Below, piece by piece: positions 1 through 10,298 of a stretch of DNA of 64,000 bases. The notes under the pieces are model-generated. The model did not search any database. It saw only the letters and a program-made list of their open reading frames with translations, and had not been told where the DNA came from. Location of the stretch: positions 1 to 64,000 of the forward strand of contig JBDHUY010000006.1 in the NCBI GenBank assembly GCA_039809385.1. Reading direction: 5' to 3'. A program made the translations under genes and the position numbers. Origin of the DNA: Candidatus Altimarinota bacterium. Its GTDB lineage: Bacteria; Patescibacteriota; Gracilibacteria; JBDHUY01. Every line of letters begins with the position of its first letter. The stretch's first letter is position 1.

Positions 1-1043
1 CCATAGGCGCGCGAACCGACATTGACACAGTTATAGATCAGCTCGGCCTGAGAACCATAGCTGTCCATATCGTAGCAGTCGCGTATTTTGTAAATATCTG
101 TACAAAAAGCTACATTCTCGGCATGCGCAATATCAAAGGATTCTTTCACGTCCTTGCTCTGATAGATATAGTTACCGCTTCCCTGCTCGACATTTTTCAT
201 CGTGGAAGGGGGAACAAGGTACGACCGGAAAAATTCTTCGGATTTACGATTGAATCTTTCCAATCCGCTGAAGCCTTCCCATTGTTCTTTGAGTTTTTCA
301 AGCTCACGGAAGTAAGCTTGTCTGGTATACTGTTTATTAAAAATACAATACTGCTTATGCTGGAGATTCACACACGCTACACAATCAGTACAACTAAGAC
401 AATTTTTGAGAAAATACGATTCGGAACAATGGAGCGAATCACGTGAAAAGAAGAGCCGATACGATTCCTTGCAATTCACGCATGCGTAACAATACTTACA
501 GCTGCTGCAGTAGGTCAGATCTAGTGAGTTTTCGGTACCACTTTCAGTATATTCACAATACATCAGATCGGATACCTGCCCGCCGGAAGTGAAGGTCAAA
601 TAACAGTTTTTTGCCTTGCCTACAAAGTTACAATAGGCGCTGTTTTCAGTGCCTTCTTTCTGAATCAGATTCAGATGGGGTATCTGCCTGAGTATCTCGC
701 CAAATTGATCGAAGAGCGATAGAAAGAAGTCAATCTCACGGCCGTATTCAAGAGGATCCCAATCGCTTTCGAAATAACATGAGCGACAAAATACGCTCAA
801 AGCTTCTCTGGGGTTATAAATCGAAATGACATTTTTTTGACACCGGTCGCACCGGCTTTGATACAAACTTCGTTCATTAAAAAAGGTCCAGCGTTGCCGG
901 TGGCGACACTCCGGACACAGGTTCGGAGGCAGGATTAAATATTTTTTCCCGTCAAATACCGGGGAAACCTTGTCGTAGAAAGCCAGATCATTGTCTGCTA
1001 TAATAAAACTTGTATCACACCAGCGACAAGTCTTGGTATCCAT
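1..1043 (-). CDS. Cys-rich zinc-ribbon/CxxC-repeat protein of the CPR-expanded family (partial, runs off window start)
   Basis: Not in the ORF track. Hand translation from ATG 1043: MDTKTCRWCDTSFIIADNDLAFYDKVSPVFDGKKYLILPPNLCPECRHRQRWTFFNERSLY..., open to base 1; clear paralog of the genes at 43749 and 45531. Confidence 0.9.
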   Translation of the reverse strand, partial: MDTKTCRWCDTSFIIADNDLAFYDKVSPVFDGKKYLILPPNLCPECRHRQRWTFFNERSLYQSRCDRCQKNVISIYNPREALSVFCRSCYFESDWDPLEYGREIDFFLSLFDQFGEILRQIPHLNLIQKEGTENSAYCNFVGKAKNCYLTFTSGGQVSDLMYCEYTESGTENSLDLTYCSSCKYCYACVNCKESYRLFFSRDSLHCSESYFLKNCLSCTDCVACVNLQHKQYCIFNKQYTRQAYFRELEKLKEQWEGFSGLERFNRKSEEFFRSYLVPPSTMKNVEQGSGNYIYQSKDVKESFDIAHAENVAFCTDIYKIRDCYDMDSYGSQAELIYNCVNVGSRAY

Positions 1044-1166
1044 GTAAAAGTTATAAAGAGTACACAAATGGCAGATGTATCATACACGTCTACCGATAAT
1101 TGTCATCCTTTCTGACTAGTCTTTCCTATGCTCCCCATTCATCATTCATAATTAATAATTTCATCA

Positions 1167-2033
1167 TTACAGTTTGTACTCCCCCGCCAGCCCCTGCGGC
1201 TTATACAGCATAAAGAAGATCAATAAAAATCCATAAACCGCCTGACGGACCTGTGCAGCCACTTCGTTGGGAAACCCGACAAAGCGCAAAAGTTCGGGTA
1301 GAAATGTCAAGATACAGGCCCCCAAGATCGAGCCGCGCAACGAAGCCAATCCTCCCAAAATAACCATGGAGAGCAGAAAGATCGATTCGTTGGAGGTAAA
1401 TGTACTCGGATCGATATACCGGATCAGCGCGGCAAACAACGCTCCACCACTCACCGCCAGACACGCGCTAATCACAAAGACAGCCATCTTAAACCATTTA
1501 GTGTCATAGCCAAATACCTGCAGGGCCTTTTCATCCTCGCGGATCGCTTTGAGAACCCGGCCAAACGAAGAACGCACTACCAGATAGGCTACCAAGACGG
1601 TAAGAACTAAGAAAAAGACTGACAGTAAAAGAAACGGGATGGGATCGTTGAAGGAAAAACCGAACAAAACAGGTCGTTGTATCGCCGGAATCCCCAGCGG
1701 ACCGTTGGTAACGGAACTCCAGTTGACGAAGATACTGTACACGATCATGTTAAACCCAAACGACGCCAAAACATAATAATCGTCCCTGAACCGCCCCAGG
1801 ACAATACCGATAAGAAAACTGATAACCGCTGTAATGAACACAGCAACCAGCAGCGCGACGAAAAAATCAAACCCGAAACGGGTGGTCAAAATAGCCGTCG
1901 CATACGCCCCGATCCCGTAAAACGCCGCATGCGTGATCGATAATAATCCGGTATACCCCACTACCAAATTCAGGCTGACCGCCAGAATACCGTAGATACA
2001 GAGTTGCGTGAGAAGGGGGTAGAAATAATCCAT
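1167..2033 (-). CDS. livM: Branched-chain amino acid ABC transporter permease
   Basis: SLNLVVGYTGLLSITHAAFYGIGAY, TNGPLGI, RSSFGRVLKAIREDE, VILGGLAS motifs. Confidence 0.9.
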   Translation of the reverse strand: MDYFYPLLTQLCIYGILAVSLNLVVGYTGLLSITHAAFYGIGAYATAILTTRFGFDFFVALLVAVFITAVISFLIGIVLGRFRDDYYVLASFGFNMIVYSIFVNWSSVTNGPLGIPAIQRPVLFGFSFNDPIPFLLLSVFFLVLTVLVAYLVVRSSFGRVLKAIREDEKALQVFGYDTKWFKMAVFVISACLAVSGGALFAALIRYIDPSTFTSNESIFLLSMVILGGLASLRGSILGACILTFLPELLRFVGFPNEVAAQVRQAVYGFLLIFFMLYKPQGLAGEYKL

Positions 2034-2066
2034 GAAGCTATATAGTCATGCAATATATGCCAGCAA

Positions 2067-2130
2067 AATTCGAAATACGAATATCTAAATTCTAAATAAA
2101 TATGAAATTACAAAATACAAACACCTAAAC
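2067..2130. repeat. Degenerate heptamer array, downstream arm of four-helix element 1
   Basis: AAATTCG AAATACG AATATCT AAATTCT AAAT... is the inverse of the array at 2440-2510. Confidence 0.75.
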
Positions 2131-2134
2131 GGTA

Positions 2135-2465
2135 TTATTTTGATTTTTCTAAAATTGCCCCGAGTATTTTCATAAGTTCGGTAGCTTTCTGAATCAGCGA
2201 AATTTTCTGAGTTTGTTCTTCTTGATTCGGCTCTATCAATTGTAACCAATAGCATAAATTTTTTTTTGCTCAAAGCTTCATTTGCTTCAATATAGTTTGC
2301 CCCGATTGATCCGGCTGATCGAACTAATTGTTTGGAAATTTCAAAATTAGGTATGTTTTTAGGGAGCAGTGTAACATATTTATTAACCCTTTTGGCAAAT
2401 TGAAGAGTTCTATCTTCTAAATTATATCTTCCTGAAGGTTGTTTGGAATTTGAAGTTTGGATCAT
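2135..2465 (-). pseudogene. Four-helix-bundle protein (TIGR02436/IVS-protein/Avd-like), internal deletion plus frameshift
   Basis: N-terminus LEDRTLQFA...QLVRSAGSIGANYIEANEALSKK is typical. After an A9 tract (T9 at 2259-2267) the family-like C-terminus YWLQLI...ATELMKILGAILEKSK* continues in another frame to TAA at 2135. Confidence 0.8.
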
Positions 2466-2510
2466 TCGAATTTGTTTAGAATTTCGGAATTAGAATTTCG
2501 GATTTTTAAT
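2440..2510. repeat. Degenerate heptamer array, upstream arm of four-helix element 1
   Basis: Minus strand reads AAATCCG AAATTCT AATTCCG AAATTCT AAAC AAATTCG ... AAACTTC AAATTCC. Confidence 0.75.
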
Positions 2511-2523
2511 ATTGGCCGGCCTT

Positions 2524-3390
2524 TTACTTTTTTATTATACCGTAAGGTCGAAACACGAGGAACACGATCAAAAGCCCAAACGCGATTGCCCCTTTCCATT
2601 CGCCCGGAATTTTCCAAATACCGAAGTTTTCGACGAATGCCAGCAAGTAAGCCCCCAAAACACCCCCCAGCGTACTGCCAACCCCGCCGACAATACACGC
2701 GATAATCCCGGATAGAAGCAGCAGCATGCCGACGGTCGGTTCGATTGTCGTATCCAGTCCCTGAAAGATACCTGCCAGCGCCGCCAAGGCGCCGGAGAGA
2801 AAAAAGACGCGTCCGATCACGCGGTCTGTATTGATACCAACGATCCGGGACACTTCTTCGTCATCGCTCACCGCTTTGACAGTCTTGCCAAAACGCGTGC
2901 GATTGAGAAAGAGTATCAGTAAAACACTACACACGAGTGCAGTAGTTCCTAAAAGAACTTGCACCAGCGTTACCGCCCCACCCAGAACAATGAATGTCGG
3001 ATTATATGGCATCGCGGCAGAAAGGGTGTGCGATTCGGTCTTAAACACAATCGACAACAGCGCCTCAATTGCAGTAAAGGCCCCCAGGGAAGCAATCAGC
3101 AAAATAGTATTGGACGCTTTTTTGCGGCGCAAAGGCAGATAGATCGTTTTTTCTAAAATCCAGGCCAAGCTGCCGCCGGCCAGGATCGCCACAGGAACGG
3201 CTCCCCATAATGGAAAGTGCGCTGTATCAATCAGAAAAAAAGCCGTGTAGCCACCGACCGCCGCCGCGCTCCCGTGGGCAAAGTTGAAAAAGCGCGCCGT
3301 GGATAACGTCAAATTAAAGCCCAATACCATCAGCGTATAAAATGACCCGGCGATAAGGCTATTAATGACGAGTTGGACAAAGATTCCCAT
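2524..3390 (-). CDS. livH: Branched-chain amino acid ABC transporter permease
   Basis: QLVINSLIAGSFY, FNFAHG, RTRFGKTVKAVSDD, IVGGVGS, FRPYGI motifs. Confidence 0.9.
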   Translation of the reverse strand: MGIFVQLVINSLIAGSFYTLMVLGFNLTLSTARFFNFAHGSAAAVGGYTAFFLIDTAHFPLWGAVPVAILAGGSLAWILEKTIYLPLRRKKASNTILLIASLGAFTAIEALLSIVFKTESHTLSAAMPYNPTFIVLGGAVTLVQVLLGTTALVCSVLLILFLNRTRFGKTVKAVSDDEEVSRIVGINTDRVIGRVFFLSGALAALAGIFQGLDTTIEPTVGMLLLLSGIIACIVGGVGSTLGGVLGAYLLAFVENFGIWKIPGEWKGAIAFGLLIVFLVFRPYGIIKK

Positions 3391-3480
3391 GAAAAAGAAT
3401 CAAAGCGGAGTGAAAGCTTGTATACAAGGATTATAGAGGTTGGAGGTAATGTTTCAAGTCCGGGAAAAGAATATTTTTAT

Positions 3481-3509
3481 TTGACTGTCAACAGTCATGC
3501 GTTGTACTA
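3481..3509 (+). promoter_or_regulatory. Sigma70-type promoter for the 3573 ORF
   Basis: TTGACT, spacer of about 17-18 nt, TACTAT. Confidence 0.5.
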
Positions 3510-3572
3510 TTCGGTCTTCTTACTGATTCGAATACCTTACCGACAGATACGTATTCAAACAATTTTATACGA

Positions 3573-5825
3573 ATGACACCTATGCTAAACAAAGACCTTC
3601 CCGATCTTCCCGGGAAGAGAACTGAAAATATTAGAACCAATCAAGATGATCGTGGCCCTGTAGCTTATCTGTCTTCTAGCGTAAGAAGTGTTGTAATTAT
3701 GATGCTGCTGGCTCTCCAGCCTGGCGGCATCTCAAGTCCGGTGCAAGCCGTAACCATACCGGACAGCCTGCAAAACGACTCACAAAAAACCGCGCTGGTC
3801 AAAAAAGAAATCCCGAACGGAAAAAGAGAAAGTACTGACAATGCACAGCAGCAGGAGAGCAAAGAAGCATCTCAAGAGGAGAAATATAACGATTCCCAAA
3901 TAACCCTGCTCGGGATCATCAGAGATCAAAGTCTATCCATACAGGAGAAAAAAAATTATGTCCCGATCATGTTGGAGCAAATATGGCAACATCGGGAGTA
4001 CGAATATCTGACTTGCCTCGAACTAGTCAAAGATTTTATCAAAGACGACGACCAAACCGTAAAAGAGCATGTAAAAACAATACAGGGGAACAATCCTTTG
4101 AAAATTCTCCAGAATTATCGTTATCTAAAGTCATACCCATGGGCGAGACAGATCTGCAAAGACGTCATAGAAAAAATATTCGACGAATACCCAAAGAGAA
4201 TTTTTTCCAAAAATGACGGAAGTGTCTGGAAAATGATCCGGAAAGAATTCCCGGAGTATGATGTCCGGATGGTCCAATATCTCTCGAGTCTGGAAAATAG
4301 AACGGCGACGTTTGAATTCGAAGCGGACACACTTCTGGAGGTTTGCGGTTTGATCACCCAAATTATACCGGACGAACAAGCTGTAAAAATCCTAACAAAA
4401 GCAGCCGCTTTGACCCCAAGGGTAGCGTTCAAAGAATTGCCCTCACAGCTACCATCATCACAGTACATCCCCATTTTGAAGACAGTCATCCAGAACGATC
4501 CGGTAAAAGTCGTCAGGTCAGTGTTTCGGATCTTCGGGGGTGATACCGTACTACAGCTCCCGACAGATGTCCAACTGCTCATGGAGACAGCAATCCGGGA
4601 ATGTGTAAAGGCTCACCCCGAAGTTGTGATCGAACAATACAGCGAAATACATAATTGTTTTGGGAAACGCTTTGAGCCACTCTTTCTGGAAGCTCTACAA
4701 GCGGCAGATATTTCATTATTGAACGCCGATACGCTTGAGATGACACAATTACTGGAGCAGGCCGAGATTCTGACAAAGGTTCCGCAGGGGATAACACTAC
4801 TCGAACGTATCGCCAAAAGAAAACCGCTCAGAGTATTGGAAACACTACTTCCAAAATCGGATCTATTCTTAGGATTACTCCGGCAAGCTGCGATCGAAAA
4901 ACCGTCGGAAGCTTTTACACAATTGAATCCGCAACGACCGGAATTTTCCTCGCTGGACCCGGCAATGAAAGAAAAAATACGCGCATTATGGCGGCAGACT
5001 TTACGCACCTGCATGGTACAAGACCCCTCAATCATACTGTATGGATGGAAGAACATAATCCGGCCCAATTTTTCAGAAGAAGAGGCAATGCGGATTGGCC
5101 TGGATGCTGTAAAAAATTATCTGGAAGCTGATATATTTAATATCCTTTCAAATACCCATCACCGAATATCGGACATAATCGGAGAGCCGGAAACCTCCAA
5201 AATACTCAAGGAGAAGTTACCCGAGATGCTGAACACCGATCCTTACAGGTTGATCAGAGAACGGCTTTCATTGGAATATATTCTTCATGACAAAGAAGCA
5301 ACAAGCACGATTCTACAGCAGGCACTTCAGCGTACGGTTGAACAAGATCCGGGAAATGTTCTGGAAAACTTACGCACTATTTGCACAGATTTTGAGAAAT
5401 ATAGAGCGGAAAATATGTGTAAAGATCTGTTGGTACAGACTCTCGCTCAAGCCAGGACCAAAAACAAAATAAAAATACTGAGACACGTTGATCTGCTGTA
5501 CGCCCTGTATGGCAACGGACAATATCAGACCAAAATTTTGCCGTACATTACCGGCATACTGGAAGAAGAACCGGATATTTTAAACAAGAATATTACTGTA
5601 TTCTATGCACAGCCTCTGCTAAAGCGCATATTGGAAGACATCTATCAAACGACCCAAAATACCGATCTCAAAAAAAATTTAGGAAATTTATTGAATAAGA
5701 GGGAAATATCTTCTGTTTATTTTCCGTATGATGTGAACAAAAAACTGACCGGAATGAAAAGCAGGCCTCTACCAGTCACGAATGTGCGAAAACTTGCCCC
5801 ATACGCGCCGCGACGTTTTGTATAA
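3573..5825 (+). CDS. Hypothetical 750-aa alpha-helical protein with N-terminal hydrophobic segment
   Basis: Long ORF with recurring helix-DP-helix patterns suggestive of a solenoid; no recognisable catalytic motif. Confidence 0.75.
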   Translation: MTPMLNKDLPDLPGKRTENIRTNQDDRGPVAYLSSSVRSVVIMMLLALQPGGISSPVQAVTIPDSLQNDSQKTALVKKEIPNGKRESTDNAQQQESKEASQEEKYNDSQITLLGIIRDQSLSIQEKKNYVPIMLEQIWQHREYEYLTCLELVKDFIKDDDQTVKEHVKTIQGNNPLKILQNYRYLKSYPWARQICKDVIEKIFDEYPKRIFSKNDGSVWKMIRKEFPEYDVRMVQYLSSLENRTATFEFEADTLLEVCGLITQIIPDEQAVKILTKAAALTPRVAFKELPSQLPSSQYIPILKTVIQNDPVKVVRSVFRIFGGDTVLQLPTDVQLLMETAIRECVKAHPEVVIEQYSEIHNCFGKRFEPLFLEALQAADISLLNADTLEMTQLLEQAEILTKVPQGITLLERIAKRKPLRVLETLLPKSDLFLGLLRQAAIEKPSEAFTQLNPQRPEFSSLDPAMKEKIRALWRQTLRTCMVQDPSIILYGWKNIIRPNFSEEEAMRIGLDAVKNYLEADIFNILSNTHHRISDIIGEPETSKILKEKLPEMLNTDPYRLIRERLSLEYILHDKEATSTILQQALQRTVEQDPGNVLENLRTICTDFEKYRAENMCKDLLVQTLAQARTKNKIKILRHVDLLYALYGNGQYQTKILPYITGILEEEPDILNKNITVFYAQPLLKRILEDIYQTTQNTDLKKNLGNLLNKREISSVYFPYDVNKKLTGMKSRPLPVTNVRKLAPYAPRRFV

Positions 5826-5880
5826 TTAGTGACAGACATTTTTTTTCTTGGATTGGGATAGTGAGAACGCATCGCTTGTT

Positions 5881-7665
5881 TTATGGTGCTACAAATTGGA
5901 TACTTCTCACAATATGCTCAAACCACGGATCGGCAATATCGGTCGATATTTCCAGAACATACTCCGGGTCAAAAAAGTAAGGAATAATCCTACGGTTCTT
6001 ATCAGCTTGATCTGGTAATTTGACTTCATCTGCTTTTATTTTGCCAATACGCAGGACTTCCTTCTGGTTTTCTGAGATACGTACAGCATTTAGTTCCACA
6101 GAGAAGGCTATAGAATAGGAAACGGGTAAAAATAGTTGTATATTCAAAGAGCGATCTCGAACTTGTGAAATAGCAATAGATGCAAGCTGGTTGGTATCCA
6201 GGCTGTACGAATGAAAATAGCCTTTCGGATTTTCCCAGGTATCCAGTGTCGTAAAAGCAAGCCGGTCTTGTACCTGATCGAAATGACACGATTCGATGAT
6301 GGGAAATTGCTCCGAGCCCGGAATATGCATATCTATAGCCTGATCGAAATCGCGCGGATCGTATACCGACACATACCCGCTGTCAAACCCGCTCCCCTGG
6401 CATTCATAAAAGAATCGTTCGTCATTCGTGAAGCCTGCGACAGAGGGAGTAAACACCTCGTGCACTTTTTCTTTTTTCTGTATATCGTAGACCCGAGTCA
6501 CGAAGCCTTCCCAACCGCTAGCCGTATACATGATAAACCGCCCTGTGGGAGAGACTGTAACATCAGTGAACTCGAGAGAAAAAGAATAACCAGTCTGAAA
6601 GAAATTATACTTCTCCATAGAATCGATAAAATAACGCTGATCATTTTGTACAAGATACATATTCTCCATGTTTCCTTCCTGCCAGATCTCTACTGCGGAT
6701 TGTGCATCAACGGGATACTTGCTTAGCAGGACGCGCGTACCTGGTTCTTCTTTCGTGATTGTCAGCTTGCCATTCTCATAGCGCATTTCCATCAAATAGC
6801 TCTGGATGCTTTGATTTTTAAAAACCAGATTGGTATAAAAACGATACTCTTGCGTACCAATGCGGGTAAACAGAAAAGGGTCGGCGTGCGCCAATGTTTG
6901 ATATTCTGCGATAAATTCCTGAAGTGACACTGTGGGATTCTCAAGCATGTGGTATGCTCTTTCCAGCAATGAAGCAGGTAATAACGCATAATACTGCAAT
7001 ATTGGCTGTACTCCGATATCTTCGAAACGTTTGGAAGATTTTCCGTGCTGCGCATGTTGTAAGCGGAAGAGAATTTCGGCAACATCAGCGCGCGTAAGAC
7101 GTTGATCAAATTCGCGAATATTTGTCGGTATGGCATTTTGAGCCTCAAGGATTTGAACGAAAGGTTCATACCATTCGTGGATATATTGAGAAGGCATCTC
7201 TACCTGAGAGGATTTCAGAATAATCGCGATCATTTTACTGCCTTCGGCAAAGTTGATCTGTTTTTCAGAATGAAAAAAACCGTCATCGTAACCGGTAACA
7301 ATATGCTTTTGTTGTCCCACGCATAGATACGGAGCATCCCAACGATCCATGGGCACATCGGCGAAAAGTTCCTCCGATGTCGCGTCTTTCAGACAGTTTT
7401 GAATACTCTGTGCATCATAAAAAGTCGTAACGGCCATTTTCAAAAATGCCCCGCGGGTAACAAAATCATTTGGACGGAAGGTTTCGTCGGGAAAACCAGA
7501 AATAATGCCCCGTTGTTCAAGAAAAGTTATAGCCTCGAAATTTGGATGATCCTCAGGCAGATCGCGAAAAGCGGCCTGCGTAAAAGGAACGCGGGAAAAG
7601 ATGTACAGGAAGACCGCCCAAAAAAGAACCAAGCGAAATATCGTACGAACGGATATATGACTCAT
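5881..7665 (-). CDS. S-layer homology (SLH) domain protein with C-terminal beta-rich region
   Basis: Signal peptide then FRDLPEDHPNFEAITFL..GIISGFPDETFRPNDFVTRG, GYDDGFFH, LTRADVAEIL. Start reassigned to ATG 7665 to avoid overlap with the upstream gene. Confidence 0.85.
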   Translation of the reverse strand: MSHISVRTIFRLVLFWAVFLYIFSRVPFTQAAFRDLPEDHPNFEAITFLEQRGIISGFPDETFRPNDFVTRGAFLKMAVTTFYDAQSIQNCLKDATSEELFADVPMDRWDAPYLCVGQQKHIVTGYDDGFFHSEKQINFAEGSKMIAIILKSSQVEMPSQYIHEWYEPFVQILEAQNAIPTNIREFDQRLTRADVAEILFRLQHAQHGKSSKRFEDIGVQPILQYYALLPASLLERAYHMLENPTVSLQEFIAEYQTLAHADPFLFTRIGTQEYRFYTNLVFKNQSIQSYLMEMRYENGKLTITKEEPGTRVLLSKYPVDAQSAVEIWQEGNMENMYLVQNDQRYFIDSMEKYNFFQTGYSFSLEFTDVTVSPTGRFIMYTASGWEGFVTRVYDIQKKEKVHEVFTPSVAGFTNDERFFYECQGSGFDSGYVSVYDPRDFDQAIDMHIPGSEQFPIIESCHFDQVQDRLAFTTLDTWENPKGYFHSYSLDTNQLASIAISQVRDRSLNIQLFLPVSYSIAFSVELNAVRISENQKEVLRIGKIKADEVKLPDQADKNRRIIPYFFDPEYVLEISTDIADPWFEHIVRSIQFVAP

Positions 7666-7702
7666 GTATAGATTATTATAAAAGATCAGCCAGCTATAAG
7701 CC

Positions 7703-8815
7703 TTATGGAAGAACAACAAATTTTCCTTGAGATACGACCTTAAAAATAGTCGGTTTATTTGCCGATCCGTCCGGTTCGAAAGTAATCTTGCCACTCACTC
7801 CATCGTAATCTTTGATAGTATGAAGTTTTTCCTGCATACAATCTGAATTTGCGTCACACTCATTATATACCGAATACTGAAGCATAAGCGCATCATAAGC
7901 ATTCCTGGCTAAGACATCCGCCTCCTGTCCGAATTTGGCTTTGTAGGATTCCTCAAAATCCCGATTTATAGATTCTGGATCGGATGAAGAAATGATGAAA
8001 CCTTCGGCTGCCGCTTTGGCAATATCAATGACAGTGGGATCTTCGGCTTCATAATGGCCAAGAATCTTCGACTCTAAGCTCTGTTCTTTTGCCTGCTTTA
8101 AAAATATTCCCAGCGACTTGGCCAGATGAACCACGAAGATAACGTCGGGATTAGCTTCTTTGATCTTGGCTACTTCGGTTCGAAAATCGCTTGCATCGAG
8201 GAGTTTTGCTTCGCTAAAAACAACCGATCCGCCGCTTTTTTCAAAACTTTGAGACAGATATTTTTGATAATCCTGTCCGAATGGCGTTGCCAGATACACA
8301 ATGGCAGCTTTCTTAGCTTTAAGCTTATCAACAGCATAGTCGACCATTTTTTCCGCATCGTTTCTGATCGAAATATTCGTGGAAAAAACATAGCGCTTGT
8401 TAAGGACCAAATCCGGATTGGCAGCGGTATTGAAGACAATTACCTTTTTTTCTTCGGTAGTTGTTAAAATAGGAACAAGGCCTATTAAACAAAACGAACC
8501 TCCGATGGTATCCACTTGATCAAGAGACAAAAGTTTTTGAATAGCCACGGTAGTCTCTTGGGCCAAACAGGCATTTTCATACATAACGGAAGGTGCGCGG
8601 CCATTATGCTGCTCGGCAATATCTGCCCTGGCCAGTTCCATACCATTCCGAATACTCTTACCTAAAGCAGCAAAATCTCCGGTAAGAGGCAAGAGTACCC
8701 CGACTTTCATAGGTTTTTCAGACTCTTGGGATACGGAATTGCTGTTTTGATATTGTGCCGTGCCGCATGAAAGTAAGAAAAAACAGGCAAAGATCGATAT
8801 GATGATTTTTTTCAT
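7703..8815 (-). CDS. LivK/LivJ-like ABC substrate-binding lipoprotein
   Basis: Lipobox LLSC; KVGVLLPLTGDFAALG; DFRTEVAKIK; AYDA; GVSGKITF. Confidence 0.9.
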   Translation of the reverse strand: MKKIIISIFACFFLLSCGTAQYQNSNSVSQESEKPMKVGVLLPLTGDFAALGKSIRNGMELARADIAEQHNGRAPSVMYENACLAQETTVAIQKLLSLDQVDTIGGSFCLIGLVPILTTTEEKKVIVFNTAANPDLVLNKRYVFSTNISIRNDAEKMVDYAVDKLKAKKAAIVYLATPFGQDYQKYLSQSFEKSGGSVVFSEAKLLDASDFRTEVAKIKEANPDVIFVVHLAKSLGIFLKQAKEQSLESKILGHYEAEDPTVIDIAKAAAEGFIISSSDPESINRDFEESYKAKFGQEADVLARNAYDALMLQYSVYNECDANSDCMQEKLHTIKDYDGVSGKITFEPDGSANKPTIFKVVSQGKFVVLP

Positions 8816-8845
8816 TGATTCCCCGGTTATACTAGTAATGACAGA

Positions 8846-9988
8846 TCATCGCAATACTTCCGCCTTCCCGCTCTCTACTTTTTTCACCACATAGTCGGCT
8901 CCGACGATATCCCCATTGCTGTCGAACTTGATCGTATCGGCCGAAACACCGCCCTGGTAATTGGTTTTATATAATTCGTCCTTGATCTTTGTCCCATCGG
9001 TACCGGCCTTTTTGATAATATACGCCATGAGCTTGGTCGCATCGTAGGCAAACGGCGCACAGGTAGTTATATTCGCTCCTTTTTCTTTCATTTTGGCCGC
9101 AAAATCATCGCTGCCCTTGGCATAAATGATTGAATAGAGAGCCCCTTCCCCGGCAGTACCGGCCTCGCTCCATATTTTTGCATCGTCCCAACCGTCGCCT
9201 CCGAATATGGGAATATTGTTTATCTGAAGTTCCGCTGCCTGACGCAGGGCAACGATACTCGACTCGGTATATCCCAGAAAATAGAGCACATCGGGCGCGG
9301 CATCTTTGATTTTCGTCAGCGAGGTACGTAAATCGCGACTGGTCTGATCATACCCTTCTTCCACGACAATTTCGCCACCCAGAGCCTTGAATTCACGTAT
9401 AAATACATCCTTGATACCGACACCGTAATCCGATTTTACAAATAAAACCGCAGCTTTTTTCTTATTCAACGTGTTAAAAATATACTCGGCGGCAAATTTT
9501 CCCTGAAAGTTATCGGAAGGATAATTGCGAAAAATATAATCGCCGGCATTCGTAATCGCTGGTGCCGACGAACAGTACGAGAGTGTCGGGATCTTACTCG
9601 CTTCGGAAATGCCGGCTACCGCTGACGTCTCTCCGGAACACATGGCGCCGATAATAGCGACAACTTTGTCGACATTGATCAACTTATTGGCCGCATTACT
9701 GGCGTCTTTGCCGTTACATTTTCCGTCTTCGTAGATCATTTCGATTTTTTTCCCGTTAATACCGCCGGATTCATTAAGTTCGTCCACGGCGATCATAGTA
9801 GCGGCCTTCGCATCTTGTCCAACATTCGCCGCATCCCCTGTAAGTGCGCCGATAAAACCAAGTTTGATAGTTTCGGAGCTATCGAGGGTATTACCGGCGG
9901 TGGGCGACGAAGAACCGTTAGGAGCCTGGGCGGTACTGCAAGCCGTTAACAGCATCGAAGAAAGCAGAAGAACTGAGAACTTCCTCAT
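8846..9988 (-). CDS. LivK/LivJ-like ABC substrate-binding lipoprotein
   Basis: Start MRKFSVLLLSSMLLTAC (lipobox); IKLGFIGALTGDAANVG; GGINGKKIE; YIFRNYPSD. Confidence 0.9.
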   Translation of the reverse strand: MRKFSVLLLSSMLLTACSTAQAPNGSSSPTAGNTLDSSETIKLGFIGALTGDAANVGQDAKAATMIAVDELNESGGINGKKIEMIYEDGKCNGKDASNAANKLINVDKVVAIIGAMCSGETSAVAGISEASKIPTLSYCSSAPAITNAGDYIFRNYPSDNFQGKFAAEYIFNTLNKKKAAVLFVKSDYGVGIKDVFIREFKALGGEIVVEEGYDQTSRDLRTSLTKIKDAAPDVLYFLGYTESSIVALRQAAELQINNIPIFGGDGWDDAKIWSEAGTAGEGALYSIIYAKGSDDFAAKMKEKGANITTCAPFAYDATKLMAYIIKKAGTDGTKIKDELYKTNYQGGVSADTIKFDSNGDIVGADYVVKKVESGKAEVLR

Positions 9989-10298
9989 ACGCGCAAAAGG
10001 GATAAGAAGTAAAATAACAAGCAAATCCGTTGACATAGTAGAATCATGGGCTAGAGCTGTCAAAAGAATCGGCCAAGAGTGAGTGTCGAAAAGTACTACA
10101 TTCGTGGGTATTGGCAAAACATATTCAAGAAGGCAAAGGCATATACAGCAAAAAGGTCATCCTCCACCTCGCATATCCAGGATAACAACCCACTAGGTGT
10201 GGGTATCGCCAAAACCCTATACCGTCACTGGTACGATATATGCTTGAAGCAGAACAGGATCGATCGTTTTACCGTTAAAGTACAGAGAGAAAGAAATT

